DNA from: Podarcis gaigeae
Taxonomy: Eukaryota
DNA length: 64,000 nt
Assembly (NCBI GenBank): GCA_964106915.2
Contig: OZ066925.1
Strand: one strand, 5' to 3'
Shown one piece after another: positions 47,215-61,385 of the stretch. Positions within the stretch are counted from its first letter, which is position 1; every line of letters starts with the position of its first letter. The notes below the pieces were generated by a model. The model was not told the DNA's origin, did no database searches, and saw nothing but the letters and a program-made list of their open reading frames with translations. The position numbers were made by a program, and so were the translations under genes.

Positions 47215-50200
47215 TAATTTGTGAAGTGCAAAAATACTAATTTTTCTCGCGTTGTCGTTTTTCTGGGCTCGAGGAGGCCCCTCCCCTCCTCCCCCTTCTT
47301 CCTTCCTTCCCTCCCTCCCTCTTTCCTTCCTTCCCTCCCTCCTCCTCCAACCCCCCCTTGCTGCTGTTGTCAAGCGCCTGCTGCCAAAGTTTGGGCCTCC
47401 GCTCCCCCCTTCCTTTCCAATTCCCACCCCAAGAGCCTGGAACACACGCGCGCGCAAACACACACACACACACACACACCAGTGCCACCCCCACCACCTG
47501 ACCGGCAGGGCCAATTGCTACGCGGTTGGCAGAGCCCGGATCAGGAAATGAAACGCTGGTGGACAAGCCCAGGACGGTCCCTGCCTGCCTGTCTTGCCTT
47601 TCTCGCGGCAGAGGCAAGGAGAAGCTGGGGATTCTTTTCTGCGCGCTCCAGACAGCGGCAGTCAGAACCGAAGTCGGCGCAAGCGGCCTAACTAGAGAAT
47701 AAGGCCGAGAGGAAAGCCTCCGGGCCATGCAGCTGTGGGCAAGGGGGCTGCTGCTTTGAGCGAGTTTCCCCAGTGAAAGCAGCCAGGGATCCTTGCTTGA
47801 CATGCTAGGTCACATAAGACTAACCACGCACGGTCGTTACTCCTTAAAACAGCTATGTGCTACTTAAGGTCAAGGTGGTTTAGGCAGTGATCTGGGGCAG
47901 CCGAAAAGTGTATGTCGCGGGAGACGTCCTTGTGCGCTATCAGGATGAGGGAACCAAGGGTAGTCCTTATTCCGGAATAATATATCCTCCTGAACACAAG
48001 CTGGGAGTTTGCGCATGTGTGCTATTTCTGACCACAAGCACCAGGCCGTGGGTAGCAACAGTGTGAGCAAAGTGACTGAGCGCCAGCATTGTATATGTAT
48101 CTGAAACCGAACATCAAACGCAGCGTACGGTTTCGCTCTCTGTATCCCCAGCCCTTACCAAGTCATGGAAAGCGAAGGAAACGCAGTGTCCTCCCGAGAC
48201 ATAAAAGGGCACCCGAGATCGCGTGGTTTCGGGGCCATCAATGAGTGATTGGACGGTAGCAGTGCAATCAATGAGACCAGTCGATCCTATGAAAACAGAG
48301 ACCACCTAATTGCAACTATCTATTTGTTTCTCTCTGATACCTCCCGGGGGCTTTTAAATGTTGGTCTTTTACGATAATTTAATTATTTTTAAAATCTTCC
48401 ACCCCGTGGCAAATTTGGAGCTGCGGGGGCATATCATTAAATAGAGAGGCCAATATAAAAATACTTTTTTTTTAAAGGTGAATAGATTTTAACCAAAACC
48501 TACAGCAGACTAGAGAGGCAGTTAAGATCAAGAATTAGGGCCATTCACATGCCTAAATAAATAAATAAAGCTATCTAGTGCCCAGGAAACAGTATTTCCC
48601 TTTGAGAAAGCCAGAAAGGGAGTAAACATTGCAGTTGAGCGTCGTGAATAGTCTTTACGACTTGTGTTACGATTGCTGGAAATTGATCCGTTTACAAGAC
48701 AGGAAGGAAAAGGAGGCGATGGCCTGACCTAGGGGGGTAATTGAAATCTGGACGTTAAACTAGCCTTTATGATAGTATATATTAATTCAACCGCTTGGTA
48801 GGTCTAGTGACCCACCTTCGTTTTTAATATTTGAGCCTTTAGGGACACACCCATTTAATATAATATAAATATTAGTTAAAAATAATAAGAATTTGGAACT
48901 TGATAAAATGCTGCTCTGCCCTCTTCCCAAAGAACCAGTTTAGTTTTAAGAAAAAGATCCATAGAATAGGAGTGTTCATTCTCATCGTGATTATTTCACT
49001 CGAAGTGTGGACTGATGACTTTTTCGGTTATATCAACCGTTCATAGCGCTCAGGTGGATGACGATTGCATCTAGATTAACCAGCTACAATTCTTTGTGTA
49101 TAAATGTGTGTCAGTGCGCTCAATAGGTCCCGTTTTTATGCTCTCGTTGAATTTCCCTTCCTCTTCTCTGTGCGTCTCCCTTAAACTGCTGATACCTTGT
49201 TCCACGATAACAACAATAATAGTAATAATACTATTAATAATAATAATAAAAGTGCTGGTTTCCAGATACTATCGGAAATACCTCCGTCCTGGAAATGGCA
49301 AGAGCCCTCCCCACCCCCCCACCTTGTACGTCTCCAGTGGATATTCTATGTATGCAAAGCTTTCTCGAATGCACCATACACTGTGGAAGCAAATATGATG
49401 CCACTGGCGAGTGGCAGGCCGTAAAACATTCGCAGACAATGCGGAAGTCAAATAGCAGGATCCAACACTTGGCTTTTTAACGCTGATTACGCGCCTGTGA
49501 CATTTGTAGGGATGACAACCGGCTCCAGTCCCGTTTTATGGTTTCACGGAATAGTAGACCGGGATGCAAAGCTGCCCCTTTGGGGAGGTCTTTTGCCACT
49601 AACAAACAGCACCAAATTAAGCCCATGGTTGGTGTTAAACGGCTAAAGCAAAGGCGCAGGGTTTTGTTTCGCTTTTCCCTCCCCCTTTTCTCGCACACGC
49701 TGAAAAGGACGGTGCGATTCTGGCACAGAAACACTGCAAGATGCACCTCTGACATAAACACTATCAATTTCCCTTGAGATAAAGCGGTGCCCTTGCATCT
49801 GAGGGCGATAGTAAATACCAGAAAACCACCAAGCGTCAAAACCGCAGGTTTTTTCCCCCAAAACAAAACAGAAAAGAAAAGAAACCACAACAAAACAAGG
49901 AAAGCAGGTACCTTCTCTCTCTTTTTGTCTGCTGATTATTACCTTCGGAGAACGTCCCAGGGGCTGTTTAATATTAGCTCTCCTGATTGTATCTCAGAGC
50001 CTGGTCTGTTTCCCCCTGGTCAGCTTTCCACTGGGTGTCTCCTTTGCTCAGTTGCAACAAGCAATGAATACGATTCTAGAGCTGGGGCTGTAAATCTCCA
50101 AGGTGACCTAAACTGCTCAGCTGCGGGAGCAGCCAGGCTTTCTCTCCCCCCCACCCCACCTCCATGGGATTCTATCAGGCTGCAGAGATGGGCCTGTTCC

Positions 50201-51031
50201 TCGTCTTTGCGGTTTACATATCATAAACAAGAGCCCAGCCAAGACCACCAAGTTGTTATCTCATATGCGGCGGTTTCCACGTTCAGCCTCCCCTCCCGCT
50301 CCCTCCAGAGATTTATGGCTCCGCGGAGCAAATCCCGGAACGAACCTACACCGAACCCTGAACCCTGGCCTCCTGAAACTGCTTCAGAGCATCGCCTATC
50401 TTTTTTTTTAAACCACACACATTTCAGTGAGGGGGATTTCAGCACCAAGACCTCATCATCATCGCAGATCAGAGGAGGCTGAAGTTTAGCAGCTAACCAG
50501 TGAAGAACGTGGAAGATTGACCGAAATGAAAGTTGATGGCAAGATAAAATCCGAGGTTCCCAAGAAACAGGAGCCGGTCTCAGAACTGGAGCAAACCAAG
50601 TAAATGGATAAGCGGAGAGTGCCAACCCCGACTAGCAAGTTCAGAGTGTAAATATAGATGTGTGTGCGCGCGCATCGCAATCTTAGCTTGCGCTTTTATA
50701 GATAATCTATGCAATTAAACTTTCCAACTTGCCCACGCGCCTGGGAGGGAGAGAGGGAGCGAGCAAGCAATAGAGACGCGGGCAGGGGGGGGGAGGCGGG
50801 GTGGCGGTGGAGAGCGACACCCGGCAGCCTGGCTTGAATTTGATTCGAGGCATTTTGAATATATTTAACCCAGCTTTCACTCTTGAATGCAAGCCTGCCC
50901 CAAGTTTCAAAGTGACCGAAAAGTGACACCGGGCGCATTTTGTTTCTTATTAATCTTACACATTGACAGTCTTTGTTAAATAACAAGGCGTGCCCTTCAC
51001 AAAGCGACATTTTCATATTTGTTAGACGCGC

Positions 51032-51048
51032 TGACCTGAAGTTCACCT
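51032..51048 (-). promoter_or_regulatory. HOXA4 5' DR5 RARE
   Basis: AGGTGA acttc AGGTCA, matching the recalled mammalian Hoxa4 upstream RARE. It sits in a conserved-looking block (~50850-51055). Confidence 0.85.
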
Positions 51049-54000
51049 CGGCCTTGGACTTAGGGTTTTTTTTTCTTCCCCTTCCGAGGTCTTTAAGAGC
51101 GTCTTTTAAAAAAAATAGCAAGGGGCAGAGGGAGGCTCTGGGCAGGTCACTTATTCGCAAATGGGGAAGGAATCTTAAGGCGACCGTGCGAGAAAACATG
51201 TAAACGTTGTGATAATGCAGCGGCTGCGTTTATCCTAAACTTCCTTTGAATCAGCAAAAGCTCCTCCCAGGGAACTGGATGGTGTGATGGAGTTCCTATG
51301 GAGTTCATTCTTGGAACAAGAATTCCGAAATATTTGTGATTTTATTTATAAGGATCTAACTCGTGTGTGTACGTGTGTGTGTATTTGGCAACTGGACTTT
51401 GAGGTGCTGGTCGTCCAGGACCGTAAATAAGCACAATTCTAAAGAAGGGGAAGATGGGGCGATTTGTATCTACATTTGAGGCTGAGAAGGCTAATCTTTT
51501 CAAAGGTCACGTTACGCACCAAGTACCAGTGTCTGTGCTGCGCTAGAGGTAGAACCCTCCGACTATATGGGTATGACTCCGATCAAAGCAACAAAAGCCC
51601 ACTGTGTCGTTTTTATTTTTACCTTTTTAAAAAATGAATGAATGAATAGAAACCGACTTGAGAAGGCAATACTTCTTCCAGATGCACTTTGAAGCCCTTC
51701 TGGAAATATTCTGTATTTGAAAAAACTTGTCCCTACTCCCACCCCACCCCCCGCCCAAAATTCCACCTTAAATGGAAGCAACATAAATTGGCACTAGGAG
51801 TCCTTGGGAAAGAAAGCCAGGTTTCGCTTTGCTGCTTTCCACAGAGATATTATTCTCTCTCTTTTTTTTCTCCCTCTCTTTTTTTTTTAGTCAAGTTTTT
51901 CAGGACAGGCGGAGTCAAAGAAGTGTTGTCTTCGAAACAGTCTCCCTGGTCTTCTGTATATAAAAGGGACGTTTAGGCAAACATTCCGCCTTGCAATGTT
52001 CATGCTTCCTATAATTAAATTTCCAAATAGGCAATGCAGTATTTCAAGGGCAAAACCGAAATAGGAGAGGCGTGTTTTTAGCAGGGTGTTGTGAATAGCA
52101 TCCCCCTCCACCTTACAATGGTAATTTCAGTGCAAAAACACATATAGGAGACACCGGGGGACGGGGGACATTGCAAGATAATTTTCAAGAGAAGGTCGCT
52201 GATGAAAAACCAAAATACATCGCAAATATATTTCCTGGAAGCCCAATGTCCTAGCCTTATAATTAAAACTATTTCTTGTCGAACGGGGAGGTGTTCCCTA
52301 GTTCTTTGTGTATTTTCAAAGCATTGATAAAGCCTTCTAATAATAACTTGCTTACTTTCTCCCGCACGTTATCTCTGTTTCGACACCTCTGAAAGGCGCA
52401 ATCTCTCCTATGTATTTGCTTAGTAATAAACCACTCACTGGATCTTTCTGAAATATTCTGTATTTCTTAGGACTGAAAAACGCACCTTCTCGGATTAAAA
52501 AAAAATACACAAAAGAAACAAAACATCTGGCAACACAGTGAAAACGGAAAATCCATCTCAGGAAGCAATCCTACTCATAGCTAAATAAATAATCCCCACT
52601 TCCCTATTTGAAATAAATAGTTATTCAGATACAAACACGCTTTGAAAAAAAGAAGGGAAAAATAAAGCTTCATTGTGGCTAAATAAGGCGACCAAAAGGG
52701 TGAAGCTATATATTTCTTATTAAACGTATAACCCTAAAGGATGAGGGGGGATGCAGGTTGCATAGGGTCATTCCTTAACTCAGAAAGACAGCATATCTGG
52801 ACTTCTCCAGTATTGTCATGCTTGTATTTTATACTCCTGCGGGATGCGGCAGTGAGATGGTCATCTCAGTCTACTCGTTTCCTCAAATATTGCTATCACC
52901 CAGCGGGCAGTCTTCTGGTACCCACTGGGCAGTTAAGAACTCAACTGGCACCTCATTGAGCCTTTTTGAGAGGGCTAGCTGTGTTAGTCTGTTGTTGCAA
53001 AGCCGAACAACACACACACAAAAAACAACAACAGAGTATTGTGGCACTTAAAAGCCAGACAATAGCACTATGGCGTACGCTTCTGTGAACAAGAGTCCAC
53101 TTCGCTGAGATTCAGAACTATTAAAATCCAATGGAAATTTCCGATGGACTCTGATAGGACTCGCACGAACCTTTAAAATGCATTGGTGGTGGTGCGTGTA
53201 TGCGCAGTTGGGGGGGGGGGAGGAATGTGCGCCCGCATTCACCTGATGCATCTGCCAGGCAACGATATTCAATGGGGGAAATGTGGTTGATAATTCAAGA
53301 TGAAATACAACGTGCATTACTCTTTGAAAAGAGGGATTTTCTATCCTTTCCTCGGTAATTGAGGTCATTCAACCACTAGAGTTCACCTGGAGTCCATACT
53401 ATGATACACGCCTAACTCAAAGCTATTTTATCTTTTGTGTTGATAGTCAAGATCTTGGCTATAACATTGACATCAAACTCTGTCTAGGCGCATGACTAAG
53501 AGTGGCGCACAACGTAAACTTTTGACCCTCAACTTTTTGACCTAGAGTTGTTACGCCCTAACCACAGAGATATACAAAAGCGGAGCAGCTCCTATCTTCT
53601 TAAAAGAATCTCCAGCTCTCTTGTTTGTTGCCATCAAGTCTTGACTGTTTCCCTTTTCGCTAAGATTTTAAGGGAATGCAGTTTCTGCATGGCTGTTTGT
53701 TTGGGTTTTTTTTTTTTTTTAAAAAAAGAGCAGCCTCAACGGCTTCCATCACTGAAACCGAATTCTAAAATCAAACGCAATGCCCAGACATCAGCGTGGG
53801 AGATTAACTAGAATATACTGAAAGGAGCGATGCGCTTTCCATTGGTAGATGTGTAAATTCTGGATGCGAAGTGGGGCGCAGTGACCGAGCAATTTATCCA
53901 GGCTGGCCATTGTGCCATCTTATTTATTTAATAAAGACCCTGATCCAACGGAGTCGAGAAGCCTTGCCCACGGAGAGACCAAGTTGACTGTGAACTTGGT

Positions 54001-55177
54001 CTAAAGCGAGCTCTGCTGGCGAGTTCTGGAGTGTGCAGATTTATCTTAGTTTCTGCATTTACTTAACCTGGCAATGAACTGCGAGGGCTGCCATTTATTA
54101 TCCAGAGACAGACTTCACCTCGAGCAAGGACTGTTTCACAAAAACTGCAATAATTACCCAATAACCTTCATAACAAATATTATTATTGAAAAGCCCATTT
54201 CAGAGGGTTATGTGGAGAAGGAAAAGAAGGGGACAGGCTCCCAGGAAAGAGACGCCCTTTGGAAAACATTGTGTCTTTCTCTCTGAGATCACAGTGCATT
54301 GTTTGCGTCCAATATGCAAACCATACAGCCCTCTGGTTGTGGAGGAGCAGTTTCGGAGAAACGCTACCCGCCAGGGAAACTACTAGGATTTTGGAGAATC
54401 GTGAAAACAAAGCCTGCGAAAAATAGAGGTTATGTGATCAGAGTGCATAGAAAGAACAAAAAACTCCCGAAGGCCGAATTATACAGATCAGAAAATCAGA
54501 TGAAAGAGGGGAAGAAAGATAGGGACTACAGGAAAGATGCAATCCAAGTGCTTATGTTCTCAATATTAGAATGTAATGCTGAAAGCTGGACAGATAAGGT
54601 AGAAAACACTTGCAATTTCACTCTTTTGAAGACAAGGAAATTAATTCGTTAAGATAACGCCACTAATAATTTTCCCATGGTGCTTTGTAGTGAGGGGCAC
54701 GCGCAAAGCAATCGAATCATGTGACTTAGAAAAGCCATCTTACGCTTTAAAGAAAGTGAAGTCTTCCGACGCCCTTGCTATATACACACACCCTTGTCTA
54801 ACCTTTAATGGCGCTGGTGCTTACATCTGGCCCAGCGAAGTACTTCTAAGGTTCAGAATTGCTCGCGGTAATTTAAGTAAAATAAACCATACAGTTGTCA
54901 GAGAAAGAAAGTAACAGTGATACGACAGTCATCACCATCAGATATACTTGCACTAAATACACATACAATATTATTTTAAAATGGGCTTTACATTCCGGAG
55001 TTTCGTGTGGACGTGTTTTGCCTAGGTTATTCGGTAGAGTGTTTCAAGGTGGCATGACAGAAAACTAGAAATATTTTTAAATAGTGACAATTCCCATAGT
55101 TATTCGCATGTTCAATGAATTCATCTTGTGTTTAGGGGTTGGCTTTTTTTGTTTTGTTTTTTGTGCGTGGGGAATTT

Positions 55178-55252
55178 TGCCTACTCAGAAGAAAGTCTCG
55201 TTGAGTTCAATGGGATTCACTCCCAGGGAAGTGAGTATAGGATTGCAGCCTA
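55178..55252. mobile_element. ~90-bp palindromic MITE-like repeat, family B
   Basis: CTACTCAGAAG..AGTC..TTGAGTTCAATGGGA..CTCCCAGG.AAGTG..TATAGGATTGCAGCC aligns with 40984-41075, and in reverse with 22485-22574. Confidence 0.7.
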
Positions 55253-57759
55253 AATGACATTGTTCACAAAGCTGTATGTGTTTCACTGGCTAGTATCCAT
55301 TCAGTCAACTAGCAATCAGAAGGCTGGATCGCTAGGTAGCCACGGTAAGAGTTAACTAAGCATTCAGCTCAATTAATTGTTTTACCCCAGTTACAAAATT
55401 AGAGGGCATCAGGATTTTCCTACTCCATTCCTGAACTCTTTTGAAGTAAATCCAACAGACTTCAGTAAGATTTTCTTCTGCCTAGGTATGGAGCAGAATG
55501 ACCACAACCTTCAGATGGTCTCATCCAAGACGGTGAGATCACATCCAGCCCCGAATGAGCTTAAACTGGACCTTGTTTTTCACTAGGAAACAGAAGCTAA
55601 AGTTCAGTTCATGTAAACTGAAGTAGATTAGCACCTGGATTTCAGTGATATTTTACTTGGGGAAATATCCCCTTGAAAGCCTGGACTCGAATTTCCCAGT
55701 AAATACTTTAGGAGTCCAACAATAGTCCCGTTGGATATTTTTTTTAAAAAAAGTGTAAAATCAGGTCCTTCCCTTAACTGGATTATGGATTTGTAATTCA
55801 GCCATCTGTTTCTCTTTAGCAGATATGCATTATATTTAAATCCTTATTTTTTCTACTGAAAAAAGGTCTAGTCATGTTTTCAGACACGTGTATACGCATT
55901 TAAGGTGTAGGAAAGTAAATCGCCATGAAAAATGCCAGCTAGTATTAGCATTCGGTTCTGTGTGATTAATTCTGCCACATAGGCTTGGACTAAATGTATA
56001 AGTAAAAACTGCTCCTCTCCACCCAGCATTGCTAGCGTATCCATATGTATTCAGGGAAATGTATAAAACATATTTGAAGTGTTCAGATATATATTCACTT
56101 ATTGCTGCAAGTTTCTCAACCTTCTAATATTACCCACCTATACACAAGAAAAAATATCCTTCATCAGAATATCTCTTTCCAAACAGCCACTAGGACAGGG
56201 CAGGCTTATGTTATATTACGCTATTATATCTTCTGACAACACTGTCTTTTCCTCTGATGTCCAGAGCGATATAAGAGTGGAAAAGCATATTCTAGAACCC
56301 CACACGCTGATAACAATCTGTTGTTGTTTTTTAAAAGGCAGGAATTGGGGTGAGATCGTTTCAAACCTCACGTGGGGTCACCTCAATGTATGAACCCATT
56401 TGTACGGGCCCCTCTTACTTTCTTTTTCAAAAAGAGTAGGGTCCTATCTTGCCAGTTCTTAGTCACCTGCATGGCTTTTAGCTACAAGGCGCTCCAAAGA
56501 TACAACTGATAAAACTTAAAAGCTGCTCGTGTGAGCAAAGATTTCCAGGATTTGACTCTGGCAGTACAAAGAAGCTGAGAAGAAAGAAAAGGAAATAACA
56601 AAACAAAACAAAAAGAAGAAGGGCAGTGGAAAAAGGGATGCTCTTTCACGCTCTCTTTCAACCCTGGAAATTCAAAGACTTAAAGTTGAATCCGGTCATA
56701 AAGTTTATTGCTGAGTAATCACACTCTAGTGAGAAGAGTCTACTTAAATAGAAAAAAAGAATGTTGAAATAAACAGGCAGCTGGGGCCTTCCCTGCAATT
56801 GCCAGCCAGTAATGTGTGTATGTAGATATATATATACGGATATCTATATAAATGGGGTTATTTACTATCGCCTATAAACCTATGCGTATTGTCCTTCATA
56901 ATTCCAAGCACTCCATTGGCACGTAGAATCTCCTGTAAAAGTTACAGTCAGTTTGTTCCTTCATGGGAAGGGATAAAGGAACCAGTGGGAAATGAAGACA
57001 CTGGGGTTGTGGGGAATCTACGGTAAGGATGTAAATTGCGTAGATATACATTCTATGTACACACAGAGAGGGACACAGAGAGAGATGTAGGTAGGTGAGG
57101 GTACTTATGAAGGAGAGATAAGTCTCAAAGAACCTTAACCACGTAAAAAGTCAGACTTGGAACGCATCATCCTTGTCTTTTAGAAACGATAAGTTGGAAA
57201 ACTTATCTTGGAAAACCTACGACTGCGTCAATTCCACACACATCCCGCCCCGCAAAGACAGGGAGGCCCAGTCTACAGATATAGCCAGATCTATGTTCCT
57301 TTCATTAAAATATATATATTTCTGGGGGGGAAATCGCCTGCGGACTCTCTGCCCCCTCAATAAACAAAATCACTGGGCAGGGAAAAGTTCCTGAAGCAAA
57401 GGAAGTCATTATCATTTGCCGTAGTCAAAGTAATTAAAGTTAGGCCTCAAAATCCATCTCTGCCAAAGTCGCTTATTGTGGTTTGCCTGGATTTGACGGA
57501 TAAAATTTTAAAAAGGAGAGGTTAGATAAAAATGGGGAGGAGGGACAACGGCCCCCCACCCACTGTAACCTGCACCTTTCAAATATTATTTCTTCCCGTC
57601 CGAAACAACGGGGCAGCGTTAAGAAGGAGCCAGGCAACGACAGGCGAGCTCTTCACTGTACAAATAAACTTAAGCAACTTGTGCACGAAACTTACCTTAA
57701 CTTGCAATGAGCCATTTTTTCAGAGAGTATTTGAGAACTTGGGGGAATGGATACTTCTG

Positions 57760-57926
57760 TACCTAAACCTGACAATTTGAATGGCCAGGAGGCGCACGTA
57801 GCCTGCAAAAGAGTCAAATGAAGTCCATCGTCAGTGTGATTATATGTTATGTGGTATATAATGTTGGATGACAACTCCCCAAAACCATAAAACTTACTTT
57901 AATGGCACCACGTGACTTTTTATAGC
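57760..57926. promoter_or_regulatory. Conserved block 3' of HOXA5 (candidate Cdx-dependent mesodermal enhancer region)
   Basis: CCATAAAA (Cdx-type TTTATGG on the - strand), TTAATGG and CACGTGAC, about 2 kb 3' of the HOXA5 stop. It runs into an N block. Confidence 0.4.
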
Positions 57927-58818
57927 NNNNNNNNNNNNNNNNNNNNNNNNNNNNNNNNNNNNNNNNNNNNNNNNNNNNNNNNNNNNNNNNNNNNNNNNNN
58001 NNNNNNNNNNNNNNNNNNNNNNNNNNNNNNNNNNNNNNNNNNNNNNNNNNNNNNNNNNNNNNNNNNATCAATGTAAAGCCGTCTGTAAATGTGCAAAGCT
58101 TTAGTTGCGCTTAGAAGCTCGGGAGAGTTAACCATTCAAGCCCTGGTGAGGGTAAGTAACGTTACATTTCCTAGCAAAAAAAGAGTAGCTGTAGCGAAAA
58201 TAAATAAATAAATAACTGTTATGTCGAAGGGTGGAATTTATCCCCACCCGCGCAACAACAGCCACAAAACCCTTCCCCAATACCTTTTTTTAAGAGTGCA
58301 GAATAAGAAGGTGGGTGTATCTGGTTTATTTAAATACTTTTCCCCCCATGTTGGACTGGTGCTCACAGATGCAAGACCTTTCTGGCAGGTCTAGCTTTCT
58401 TTAACTTATGAGGATGAACCGATGGAGATAGTATAAAGCAGGTTCTGGAGATGATAATGTTGTTGAAGAAAGGACAGTCGTCTTCTTCTTTTTTTCCTCC
58501 CCAGCCAAGAAAGAGCAGAAGTTTGGGGCATTCCTTCTCCCTCCCACCCCACTTTCCAAGACAAGGAGTTGGCTGAGGGTCTGTTATTGCGAGCCCTCCA
58601 TCCAAAGAATAACTTTACAATTCCAAGGGATCTGGGGCAATCGTGTCTGCATCTACTTTGAATTTGGGTTAGGTCCTTCTCCAACTTTGCTCTAGTTAGA
58701 GTGATGAAGCTAAGGACATCTCCGTTAGGGTAGAAACCAAACTACCCGCAGAAGTAAAAACAAAAACCGGGGGTGCGATGGGGAAGAAAGAAAAAGGGAA
58801 AACCCTTACAATAGAAAG

Positions 58819-58824
58819 TTTATT
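58819..58824 (-). terminator. HOXA5 polyadenylation signal
   Basis: AAAAAATAAACTTTCTATTGT, about 1.1 kb after the stop. Confidence 0.6.
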
Positions 58825-58879
58825 TTTTTCCAGTCAGTTATTAAAAAAAAAAACAGTTTCTTTTCAAAAGCCGATCACA

Positions 58880-58901
58880 TTATTGTTGTTGTTGTTGCTG
58901 C

Positions 58902-58938
<37 letters not shown>
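58880..58938. repeat. (TTG)n/(TTA)n microsatellite in HOXA5 3'UTR
   Basis: Directly visible. Confidence 0.85.
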
Positions 58939-59931
58939 TGCTCAAACAGCCAGACTTTGACTCTATGTGTAACTTTGTTCACCAAAAGAAAGGAAGGAAG
59001 CTATAAGAGAGAAGAGGGGGTGGGAAATACGTTACTGAAGCTGCGCTTAATAAAAAAGCCACTTCTAAGACTTCGTGCAAAGAGAGTCATATACAAAGGC
59101 ACAAGCAAAGGACATACTGTTTGGAATCACAGTTTTCGTCACAGATTCACTATTCACTACACGTTAGGACACGTTCCGTTTTTGTATTTCGTCATATTCA
59201 CCTCTACAACAGCCATTAATGGACACAGGGAAATAAGATAGGTCGTTTCTGATCGGAAATCTCGGCCACAGCTTGGAGCTATACAGACACTGACACGTTT
59301 TGAACACACATGCACAGCAAAGCACAGCGAGTGCAACACACACAGAGAGAGAACATTGGGAGTCAAACAGGACTTGTAGGGGAGCCAGAAGGGAAGGACT
59401 TGAGGGGGAAGCGAACGAGGGACCAAATCGTCCTCCTTTACTTTTGTGTTTGTCTAGGGTGTCTCCCCCCCCCCCTCGGTTCCCCCCTCCCACTTTACAG
59501 TTACTTCAAGTAACACCACTCGCTTCATATAAATAAGTTAAAACATCTACATTGTCCCCCCCCCCTTCAAGACAAAAGCCATTCAAGACATAAAATGCAC
59601 GGGAAGCAGATCTACTCGTAACACGCGCTAGAGAGAAAGAGAGGAAGAGAGAGACGCGGGCGGGGGCGGGGTGGGGGCTCAATTAAAACAGGCTCAGGAT
59701 GAAACGATGGGCGAGGGAATCTTCAGCCTCCCAGAGAAGTTGGAGCAAGTCAATGTGGTCTACAGAACGAGGGGCAGAAGGAGAGCGGGAAGAGGCTACT
59801 GACATTCCACGCAGGGTCAGCTCAATTATAATACTGCTCAGTTACTCGGGTTTTTTTGTTTTGTTTTCTTCCGGGGAAGGAAGAAGGAGAAGGAGCAGCA
59901 GCAGCAGCTTCAGGGCCGGGGGGTTTTCCTC

Positions 59932-60333
<402 letters not shown>

Positions 60334-60834
60334 TCAACAAGTAGCTCTTTCTCCTCTCTCTCTCTCCACCCGCATCTATCTCTTCTCCCCTTCTCTCAAA
60401 TAATATCCCGGGCTCTGAATTTGAGTAGCCTCCCCTTTGCCTCTTCTGAGGAATTTTATTTAATCTGGGGAGGACAGGATGGCAGCTCCCTTCTGCACTC
60501 CGATCCTTAACATATTACTACTCGCAAGCAAAAGAAAACAAAACCATTTGGCTTCATAAGAACTTACTTCCTCCTGACAGTATGCTTAGGGTTGTGGGAA
60601 AGTTGTTACTAGAGTGAGTTTTACACAAACATAAACACCCAAACCAAGCACCCTCTGAAGTTCTGGTCCCACTCCTGATCTGAACACACTTGATCTGGGA
60701 GTCACTGGGAAGAATTTCCAAGTGCACTCTGGACTGCAGGACTAACCCCCCCCAATTGCCCCCCTCCAACCTCCTCTCTTAAGTTTTCCTTCGACTTCCT
60801 TCCCTCCCAGGAAAATATATTTTTCCCCACACCC

Positions 60835-60838
<4 letters not shown>

Positions 60839-60892
<54 letters not shown>

Positions 60893-60912
60893 CCACACAC
60901 ACCACACACACA
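60839..60912. repeat. (TC)n(AC)n microsatellite in HOXA5 intron
   Basis: Directly visible. Confidence 0.9.
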
Positions 60913-61385
60913 GATTATTTACTCAACTTCTTTTTTGATATAATTAGTAACGGTGTTTTTCACTGGACGGTCCTCGTCATAAATTACAAGGACTGACACG
61001 CACTATTCAAGATCCCTCTCTCTCACACACACACGCTTTCCCTCTCTCTCTCCCCTCCCCCCAAATTTCAATTACACCTCACAGTCTGGGAGACTTAGAA
61101 GAGTTATTAAAGAGAGCTTGGCTCACCCTACCCCGATTTCCAAAGTCCCACTTGCCTTTTCCAGGAGGGACCGGGTTTTTTTTTTTGGGGGGGGGGGTTC
61201 CTCCGCATAGACCAGACGATCGGACAAGCAGGCAGAGGAACACAGAGAGCAAGAGAAAGCACATTTCTTGCCCACCACGTTTTCTATTTTGCAAACAATC
61301 TACTTTCTCTCTCCCTCGACACACACTCCCCCCCTCCCCACCCCTCTCTCAAACATAGATATTGTAATCCGGGCATGCTTTTTAC

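Noticed and set aside
46489-47217. 242-aa antisense ORF and 213-aa alternative-frame ORF over HOXA4 exon 1 (similar ones over HOXA1 and HOXA5)
   Set aside because: Expected by-products of very GC-rich, triplet-repeat coding sequence. They are low complexity, have no recognisable domain and mostly start at non-ATG codons.
49787-50482. 231-aa + strand ORF (also 9958-10596, 3273-3809, 7503-8135)
   Set aside because: No domain-like composition, they cross homopolymer or microsatellite runs, and several start at GTG/TTG. Likely chance ORFs.
47600-59900. Possible miR-10 hairpin between HOXA4 and HOXA5
   Set aside because: I saw no TACCCTGTAG/CACAAATTCG-like sequence on either strand, consistent with amniote HoxA clusters lacking miR-10. 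The 140-nt N-run cannot be read.
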